DNA from: an uncultured Planctomycetales bacterium
GTDB taxonomy: Bacteria > Planctomycetota > PLA2 > JAEUHO01
NCBI GenBank assembly: GCA_964586025.1
Contig: CAZPGF010000001.1
Span: forward strand, 29,544-93,543
DNA: 64,000 nt
Direction of reading: 5' to 3'
In this document: positions 57,727 through 64,000 of the stretch, piece by piece
Position numbering within the stretch: the first letter of the stretch is position 1
Layout: every line of letters begins with the position of its first letter
Program-made: the position numbers and the translations under genes
The notes under the pieces: generated by a model
Told to the model about the DNA's origin: nothing
The model's input: only the letters and a program-made list of their open reading frames with translations
The model's database searches: none

Positions 57727-58800
57727 ATGGTCGTGGTCGTGCTCGCCGCAGGGTCCGTCGGCGCCGACGAACTCGCCCGCGAGGCGCACCTCTTGGAGCG
57801 GGGATCGGTGTCCCTCCGACGCGCCGCGGTGGCGCGGCTCGAGGCGTGGCCGGCCGGCCCCGAGGGGGCGCGCGCCGACCGCCTGTTGGGCCGCGCCCTC
57901 GACGACGGCGATCCCGTCGTTCGCGCGGCGGCGGCCGCGGCGCTCGCGAGCCGCGGGGCGCGGGGCCTCGCCGACGCGATCCGTGTTCGGGTCGGCGCCG
58001 AGAACGACGCCGGCGCGCTCGCGTCGGCGATCCACGCACTCGGCCGGCTCGGCCTCGCGATCGATGGGCCGCGGATCAACCCGCACGTGCTGCATCGCGA
58101 TCCGACGGTGCGCCGTGCGGCCATCCTCGCGCTCGGCGATCTCGACGCCGACGGCGCGAGGGAGGTCGCGCTCCGCATGCTCGACGATCCGCGCGGAGAC
58201 GATCCGGGTGAAGGCGTGCGCTCCGCCGCCGCGATCGTGCTCGGCCGTCGTGGCCGCGAGGACGACGGCTCGTCGCTCGTGAAGCGACTGGTCGATCACA
58301 CCGTCGATCCGCCTCCCGGCTGGCTCTTGCGCAGCGCGCTTGCGGAAGCGATCGGCCGCCTCGGTGGCGAAGGGTCGGTGGACCTGCTGCGTCGCCTCCT
58401 GCACGATCCCGATGCCCGTGTCGCCGTCACCGCGGCGACGGGTCTGGCGGCGCGAGGCGCGCGGAACACGCTGCTCGGCGCGCTCGGTGCGCCGGAGCCG
58501 GCCGTGCGCGCCGCGGCGGTGGGGGGTGTGGTGCAGGGGCGGGTGACCGACGGCTACCCGGTCCTTCGCGCCCTCGCGAGGCGCGATCCGAGTCGCGACG
58601 TGCGGTGGGCTGCGACCGAGGCGCTCTGGCGGCTCGAGGAGCGCGAGGCCGACCGCTGGGTCCTGGACGGACTCGCGGCGTCAGATCCCGGCGTCGTGCT
58701 CGCGTCGCATCGCCTCCTCGTCGAGCGGCTGCGCGTCGATCATCGCCTCGACCGCGCGGCGTGGACGAGCGAACTCGAGCACTGGTGGCGGCGACGGTGA
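57727..58800 (+). CDS. HEAT-repeat (PBS-lyase-like) protein
   Basis: Repeated DPxVRxAAxxALGxxG units. An alternative ATG lies at 57649. Confidence 0.6.
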   Translation: MVVVVLAAGSVGADELAREAHLLERGSVSLRRAAVARLEAWPAGPEGARADRLLGRALDDGDPVVRAAAAAALASRGARGLADAIRVRVGAENDAGALASAIHALGRLGLAIDGPRINPHVLHRDPTVRRAAILALGDLDADGAREVALRMLDDPRGDDPGEGVRSAAAIVLGRRGREDDGSSLVKRLVDHTVDPPPGWLLRSALAEAIGRLGGEGSVDLLRRLLHDPDARVAVTAATGLAARGARNTLLGALGAPEPAVRAAAVGGVVQGRVTDGYPVLRALARRDPSRDVRWAATEALWRLEEREADRWVLDGLAASDPGVVLASHRLLVERLRVDHRLDRAAWTSELEHWWRRR

Positions 58801-59699
58801 CCTATCCGCGCACCGCGCGCGCGCTCGCCGACGCGCTGCACGCCGCGTCGCTCGCGCCGAATCGCCGCCTCGGACAGTGTTTCCTGACCGATGCCCAGGC
58901 CGTGGACGCGATCGTCCGCGACGCCGGGGTGACGGCCGCCGATCGCGTCGTCGAGGTCGGCACCGGTCCGGGCCTCCTCACGTTCGCCCTCGCCGAGACG
59001 GGTGCCGAGGTGGTCACGTTCGACGTCGATGCGCGCCTTCAGCGCTTTGCGCGATCGCTCACCGACTGGCCGGAGCGGGTCACCTTCGTCGAAGGGGACG
59101 TGCTGTGCGGCAAGCACGACTTCGCTCCGACCTTCGCGGCGGCCCTCGACGCCCCGGCGGGTGCCGGTGGGCAGCGGCTGCTCGTCAGCAACCTGCCGTA
59201 CCACGTCGCGACGCCGATCCTGCTCGGCGCACTGGCTCGGGCGGAACCGCTGGAACGCATCGTCGTGATGGTGCAGCGCGAGGTCGCGGAGAAGCTGCTG
59301 GCGCCCGTCGGCGACCCCGAACGCGGCGCATCCACCGTGCTCGTCGACGTCGCGGCGACCGGCCGCATTCTCCGGCGCTTCCCCCCGGACGTGTTCCGCC
59401 CGCGCCCGCGCGTCGAGTCCGCGTTGCTGCGTCTCGATCCGCGCCGGCCGTCGCCCTATCGCCCGGGCGAGGCGGGTCCCTTCGGACGGTTCGTCACGGC
59501 CCTGTTCACGCGGCGTCGCAAGGTGCTGCGGCAGGCCGTTGCGCACGCCCTCGACGTTCCGGTCGCGGACGCCGCGGTGCATCTCGAGGCGGTCGGGCTC
59601 GATCCCGCGGGACGGCCGCAGGAGGCGTCCGCCCACGCGCTGCTTGCGCTGCTGCGCCGCGCCGGGTCCGGCGGGTCTCACGGGGCTCCCGGGGAGTAG
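58797..59699 (+). CDS. rsmA: 16S rRNA (adenine1518/1519-N6)-dimethyltransferase RsmA/KsgA
   Basis: GQCFLTD, VVEVGTGPGLLT and VSNLPYHVATPIL motifs. GTG overlaps the upstream stop. Confidence 0.85.
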   Translation: MTYPRTARALADALHAASLAPNRRLGQCFLTDAQAVDAIVRDAGVTAADRVVEVGTGPGLLTFALAETGAEVVTFDVDARLQRFARSLTDWPERVTFVEGDVLCGKHDFAPTFAAALDAPAGAGGQRLLVSNLPYHVATPILLGALARAEPLERIVVMVQREVAEKLLAPVGDPERGASTVLVDVAATGRILRRFPPDVFRPRPRVESALLRLDPRRPSPYRPGEAGPFGRFVTALFTRRRKVLRQAVAHALDVPVADAAVHLEAVGLDPAGRPQEASAHALLALLRRAGSGGSHGAPGE

Positions 59700-59738
59700 G
59701 ATCCCGCGCCGCCGCAGCGGCGGCTCCGGAGACGCGCG

Positions 59739-61739
59739 TTGGCGGCGATTCCCGACGAGATCATCCAGCGCGTCCGCGACGCGCACGACATCGTCGACGT
59801 CGTCGGTCGCACGCTCGAACTGAAGCGCTCGGGCGCTGCGTGGAAAGCGTGCTGTCCCTTCCACGAGGAGAAGACGCCGTCGTTCCAGGTCAATCAGCGC
59901 CTGCAGATCTTCAAGTGCTTCGGCTGCGGCAAGGGCGGCAACGTGTTCCATTGGCTGATGGAGACGCGCGGTCTCACCTTCCCCGAAGCGGTCCGTCAAC
60001 TCGCCGACGAACGCTCGATCGCGGTCCCGCTCGCGCGCGGGGCGGACCCGGGCGTGTCGCGCGACGCGCGCGCCCGACTCGGCGCCGCACTCGACGCCGC
60101 CCACGGCTGGTTTCGTGCGGCGCTCGCCGCCCCGGTCGGAGCCGAGGCGCGCGCGTACCTCGAGCGGCGCGGCTACGACGCGGCGCGGTGCGCCGAGTTC
60201 GGCCTCGGCTTCGCGCCGCCGACTTGGGACGGGCTCGTGCAGGCGCTCGGGCGACGCGGACTCGCCGGAGCCACGCTGGAGGACGCCGGACTCGCGCGAC
60301 GCCGCGAGCGGGGCGGCTTCTACGACGCCTTCCGCCACCGGGTGATGTTCCCGATCCGCGACGCGCAGGGACGACTGGTCACGTTCGCGGGCCGCACGCT
60401 CGATCCCAACGAGAACGCGAAGTACGTGAACGGCCCCGAGACGGCGCTCTTCCGCAAGTCGCACGTGCTCTACGCGCTCGATCGCGCCGCACCGGGAATC
60501 CGACGTCGCGGCGAAGCCCTCGTCATGGAGGGCTACACCGACGTGCTGATGACGCACGCGCACGGCTTCGACCACGCCGTCGCGGCCATGGGCACGGCCT
60601 TCACCGACGCGCAGGCGCGGCTTCTCGGCCGCTTTGCCGACCGCGCGGTGCTGCTGTACGACGGCGACGCCGCCGGTCAGGCGGCCGCCGAGCGGACGCT
60701 CGACGTGCTGCTGCCGATCGGACTGGACGTGCGGATCGCCGTGCTGCCCGCCGGTCGCGACGTGGACGAGATCCTGCTCGAAGAGGGGCCGGGCGCGCTC
60801 GAGGCGATCCTCGCCAACGCTCGCGACTGGTTCGCGCACCGGCTCGCGCGCGAGCGCGAGCGCCACGACCTCTCGACCGTCCGCGGGCGAAGCGCAGCCG
60901 CCGAGTCGTTGCTCGCGACGATCGTCCGGGTCAAGAGCGAGATCGAGCGGACGCTGCGCGTGAAGGAACTCGCCGAGTCGCTCGGCGGCGACCTCGGAGG
61001 CGTCGATGCCGAGGCGGTGCTCCGGCGCGTCGCGGGGGCGTCGCTCGCCCGTCGCGCCGGGGCGTCCGGGGCGTCCGGGGCGTCCGGGGCGTCCGGTCCG
61101 GCGCCGATCCGACGCCGCTCGGCCGCGGCCGTCGACCTCGCCCGGGAGTCCCAGATCGGCTACCTGGCGGGGGCGTTCGCCGACCCCCTGCTCGCCGACG
61201 CGATCCTCCGCTCCGTCGGGCCGGAGGAGTTCCCCAGTCCCGTCCTTCGCCGGATGTACGAGGGGATCCTCGACCTCGCCGAGTCCGGGCGACCCCTGCT
61301 CCGCGAGACCCTCGCGGCCCGGCTCGTCGAGGATGCCGAGGCGCTGGCCGAGTTGGCATCCCTCCCGGACGATCCAACCCTGGCCGAGCGGGTACGTTGC
61401 CAGATTGCGTTCCTGGAGCAGCGGCGGCTCGCCGAGGAGCGCAAGGAACGCCTTCGCGCCCAGGTGCGGGCCGCCGCCGCGGGCCTCGTCACGTCGGCCT
61501 CCGAGGTTCCGCCCGAAGCGGCCCGCCCGGCGGCAGCGAGGGCCGATCCGGGGCAGACTCCCAGCGGGGGCCCCGGTCCGGCGGGGGCGCGGTCGGGCGT
61601 GCCGCCGGTGAGGCCCGAGGGCGAAATCGAGGAATTCCCTTGCGACGAGATCGATCCTTTGCTCGGCCTCCCGGTCTTCGACGGCCCCCCGCCCGAGGAC
61701 CTCGACGACTCCGGCGAGGGCGCGACCCACTCCGGTTGA
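59739..61739 (+). CDS. dnaG: DNA primase
   Basis: Zn ribbon CPFHEEKTPSF...CFGCGKGG and TOPRIM EGYTDV...DGD motifs. Start is the track TTG (MAAIPDEI). Confidence 0.85.
   Translation: MAAIPDEIIQRVRDAHDIVDVVGRTLELKRSGAAWKACCPFHEEKTPSFQVNQRLQIFKCFGCGKGGNVFHWLMETRGLTFPEAVRQLADERSIAVPLARGADPGVSRDARARLGAALDAAHGWFRAALAAPVGAEARAYLERRGYDAARCAEFGLGFAPPTWDGLVQALGRRGLAGATLEDAGLARRRERGGFYDAFRHRVMFPIRDAQGRLVTFAGRTLDPNENAKYVNGPETALFRKSHVLYALDRAAPGIRRRGEALVMEGYTDVLMTHAHGFDHAVAAMGTAFTDAQARLLGRFADRAVLLYDGDAAGQAAAERTLDVLLPIGLDVRIAVLPAGRDVDEILLEEGPGALEAILANARDWFAHRLARERERHDLSTVRGRSAAAESLLATIVRVKSEIERTLRVKELAESLGGDLGGVDAEAVLRRVAGASLARRAGASGASGASGASGPAPIRRRSAAAVDLARESQIGYLAGAFADPLLADAILRSVGPEEFPSPVLRRMYEGILDLAESGRPLLRETLAARLVEDAEALAELASLPDDPTLAERVRCQIAFLEQRRLAEERKERLRAQVRAAAAGLVTSASEVPPEAARPAAARADPGQTPSGGPGPAGARSGVPPVRPEGEIEEFPCDEIDPLLGLPVFDGPPPEDLDDSGEGATHSG
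61059..61094 (+). repeat. 9-nt tandem repeat (GGGGCGTCC)x4 encoding (Gly-Ala-Ser)4 in the dnaG linker
   Basis: Direct perfect tandem copies seen in sequence, in-frame. Confidence 0.6.
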
Positions 61740-61794
61740 AGCAAGGCACGGGCGTCTCGCCGCGCCATGATGCGGCGCCTCGGGAGCACGACGC

Positions 61795-63513
61795 ATGACG
61801 CGACGAGTGGATCCGTTCGTTCCGCCCAGCCCGCTCGACGAGACCGAGCCCGAGATCCTCGCGCTGATCGAAACGGGAAAGAAGCGCGGCTACCTCACCT
61901 ACGAGGAACTGAACACCGCCGAGCCGGAGAAGGCGCCCTGCCCGGCGATGATGGACCGGATCCTCCAGACGATCGATCTCGCTCAGATCGAGGTTCTCGA
62001 CGGCGGCGACGCGGCCAAGCGCGAGCGCGAGGCGGCGATCGCGCGCGGCGAGACCCCGCCCGTCGAGCCGCCGACTCCGGGCCGCCGGGTTTCGAGGGCC
62101 TCGTCCACGGAGAGCGTGCTCGACCAGCCGATCTCGACGGAGAAGATCGACGATCCCGTCCGCATGTACCTCACGCAGATGGGCGAGATCCCGCTCCTCA
62201 CCCGCGACGAGGAGATCAGCCTCTCGAAGAAGATCGAGATCACCCGCAAGCGTTATCGCCACGCCGTCCTGGAGAGCGGCGCGGGCATCGCCGCGGCGAT
62301 CGGCATCCTTCAACAGGTCGCACGCGGGGACATCGCGTTCGATCGCACGCTGCGGATCGGTACCGCCGACCCGGTGGACAAAGATGATCTCCAGCGGCGC
62401 ATGCCGTTCAATCTGCGCACGATGGAGAAGATCCTCGCCGACCTGCGCGAGGACATGGCGACGCTCGTCTTCGGCAATCCGAGTGAGCGCACCGCCGACC
62501 ACCTTCGCACCCGCGTCCGTACGCGCCGCCTCCGCTGCCTGAAGCTGATGGAGGAGATCGCGATCCAGACGAAGAAGATCCGCCCGATCCACGAGGAGTG
62601 CTACGAGCGCGCCGAAGAGATCGATGACCTTCGGCGCCGCATCCGCGATCTCAAGCGCCGCAAGGGCGAGCAGATCGAGATCGACGAGTGCGAGGAGCGC
62701 CTCAAGGACATCGAGGTGGAGGTCCTCGAGTCGCCCGACGCGTTCGTGAAGCGCTGCGCGGAGATCCGCCATCGATTCGCGGAGTACGAGGAGGCCAAGC
62801 GCAAGCTGTCCAGCGGCAACCTGCGGCTCGTCGTGTCGATCGCGAAGAAGTACCGCAACCGCGGCCTGACTTTCCTCGATCTGATCCAGGAGGGCAACAC
62901 CGGGCTGATGAAGGCGGTCGAGAAGTACGAGTACCGCCGCGGCTACAAGTTCAGCACGTACGCGACGTGGTGGATCCGACAGGCCATCACGCGTTCGATC
63001 GCCGATCAGGCGCGCACCATCCGCATCCCAGTGCACATGATCGAGACGATGAGCAAGATCCGCAACGTCACCAAGAAGCTGATCCAGCGCCTCGGACGCG
63101 AACCCACCACCGAGGAGATCGCGCAGGCGAGCGGCATCAGCGTCGAAGAGACGAAGCGGGTGATGAAGATCAGCAAACACCCGATCAGCCTCGATCGCCC
63201 GATCGGGGACAGCGAAGACAGCTACTTCGGCGACTTCATCGAGGACGAACAGGCCGAGAGCCCCGTCAACGCCGCGACCCACGAGATGCTGAAGGACAAG
63301 ATCGACCAGGTCCTTCAGACGCTGACGTTCCGCGAGCGCGAGATCATCAAGTTGCGCTACGGCATCGGCGACGGCTACACGTACACCCTCGAAGAGGTCG
63401 GCAAGATCTTCAAGGTCACGCGCGAACGCGTTCGCCAGATCGAGGCGAAGGCGGTGCGCAAGTTGCAGCACCCGGTGCGAGCCCGCAAACTCGAAGGATT
63501 CCTCGACCAATGA
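61795..63513 (+). CDS. rpoD: RNA polymerase sigma-70 factor RpoD
   Basis: Regions 1.2 through 4 present, including [19 protein letters not shown] and [19 protein letters not shown]. Confidence 0.9.
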   Translation: MTRRVDPFVPPSPLDETEPEILALIETGKKRGYLTYEELNTAEPEKAPCPAMMDRILQTIDLAQIEVLDGGDAAKREREAAIARGETPPVEPPTPGRRVSRASSTESVLDQPISTEKIDDPVRMYLTQMGEIPLLTRDEEISLSKKIEITRKRYRHAVLESGAGIAAAIGILQQVARGDIAFDRTLRIGTADPVDKDDLQRRMPFNLRTMEKILADLREDMATLVFGNPSERTADHLRTRVRTRRLRCLKLMEEIAIQTKKIRPIHEECYERAEEIDDLRRRIRDLKRRKGEQIEIDECEERLKDIEVEVLESPDAFVKRCAEIRHRFAEYEEAKRKLSSGNLRLVVSIAKKYRNRGLTFLDLIQEGNTGLMKAVEKYEYRRGYKFSTYATWWIRQAITRSIADQARTIRIPVHMIETMSKIRNVTKKLIQRLGREPTTEEIAQASGISVEETKRVMKISKHPISLDRPIGDSEDSYFGDFIEDEQAESPVNAATHEMLKDKIDQVLQTLTFREREIIKLRYGIGDGYTYTLEEVGKIFKVTRERVRQIEAKAVRKLQHPVRARKLEGFLDQ

Positions 63514-63559
63514 GCGCCGCGGCGAGCGAGACATCGGACCCCGAGGAGCGCTCCCGTTC

Positions 63560-64000
63560 ATGATGCCCACGACCGACGACCTGATCCAGCGGCTCCTCTC
63601 CCTCAGTGCGCTCGACGCAAGGATTCGCGACCTGAACGAGCGGTTGGAGAAGGCGCCGGCCGCGGTGGCGGAGCGGGAGGCCGCCGCCAAGGCGCTCGAG
63701 GAGAAGGCGGCGCAGGTGCGCGCGAAGCTGCTGCAGCTCCGCGCGCAACGACGCCTTCGCGATGCCGAGGTGAGGGGACTCGACGCGAAGTTGACCAAGT
63801 TGAAGGCCCAGTCGGGGTCCGTGCGATCGAACAAGGAGTTCGTTGCGTTCCGCAGCGAGCTGGCGAACGCCCAAGCCGAGTCCGATCGTCTGCAGGGCGA
63901 GATCCTGAAGATGATCGAGGTCGAGGAGCAGGCCGACGCGCGGATCCGGCAGTTGGACGAGCAGCGCGACGCGGAGCGGGCTCGCGCGGAGGCGTTGCGC
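63560..64000 (+). CDS. COG1579-like zinc-ribbon/coiled-coil protein (partial, runs off window end)
   Basis: MMPTTDDLIQRLLSLSALDARIRDLNERLEKAPAAVAE...KEFVAFRSELANAQAE coiled coil. Confidence 0.4.
   Translation, partial: MMPTTDDLIQRLLSLSALDARIRDLNERLEKAPAAVAEREAAAKALEEKAAQVRAKLLQLRAQRRLRDAEVRGLDAKLTKLKAQSGSVRSNKEFVAFRSELANAQAESDRLQGEILKMIEVEEQADARIRQLDEQRDAERARAEALR

Noticed and set aside
61059-61094. Short direct repeats considered as a CRISPR array
   Set aside because: 9-nt units with no spacers, in-frame inside dnaG; not CRISPR. No CRISPR-like repeat-spacer structure seen anywhere in the window.
1-64000. Mobile elements, integrases, transposases, phage genes, tRNA/rRNA genes
   Set aside because: No transposase/integrase-like translations, terminal inverted repeats flanking a cassette, or tRNA-like GTTC-loop structures were recognised by eye; cannot be fully excluded without tools.

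Overview
High-GC (roughly 70%) bacterial chromosomal segment carrying mostly housekeeping genes (pyrBI, truD, gyrA, rsmG, anmK, dut, hisS, recJ, selB, rsmA-dnaG-rpoD) interspersed with unusual or poorly characterised loci. Gram-negative-type envelope genes (lipoboxes, AsmA-like, M48/M50 proteases, class III prepilin signals), FHA domains and a Ser/Thr kinase are consistent with a Myxococcota- or Gemmatimonadota-like organism, but phylum cannot be determined from sequence alone. Many long Arg/Ala/Pro-rich ORFs in the six-frame track are GC-driven frame artefacts and were not called. No rRNA, tRNA, CRISPR array or transposase/integrase was recognised by eye. The most striking locus is a three-gene cassette at 15784-22200 encoding proteins with class III (type IV pilin-like) signal peptides: a PilX/GspK-like protein, a 1372-aa pilin-like giant filled with Ca2+-binding Asp-rich repeats, and a third pseudopilin. 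The three genes have overlapping start/stop codons, and no major pilin, ATPase, secretin or prepilin peptidase lies nearby. Other loci worth a second look: two translationally coupled secreted proteins of unknown function between gyrA and truD; a short M50 protease coupled (TGATG) to a large secreted protein that appears frameshifted; an FHA-hutH-hisS-cysK/CBS-CGL gene string; an orphan beta-class DNA methyltransferase co-oriented with AsmA-like and DUF368 genes; an orphan selB; and a Ser/Thr kinase-YkgJ-VIT/vWA-HEAT block. Internal start coordinates were checked against ORF-track frames; some hand-read repeat and hairpin coordinates may be off by one.
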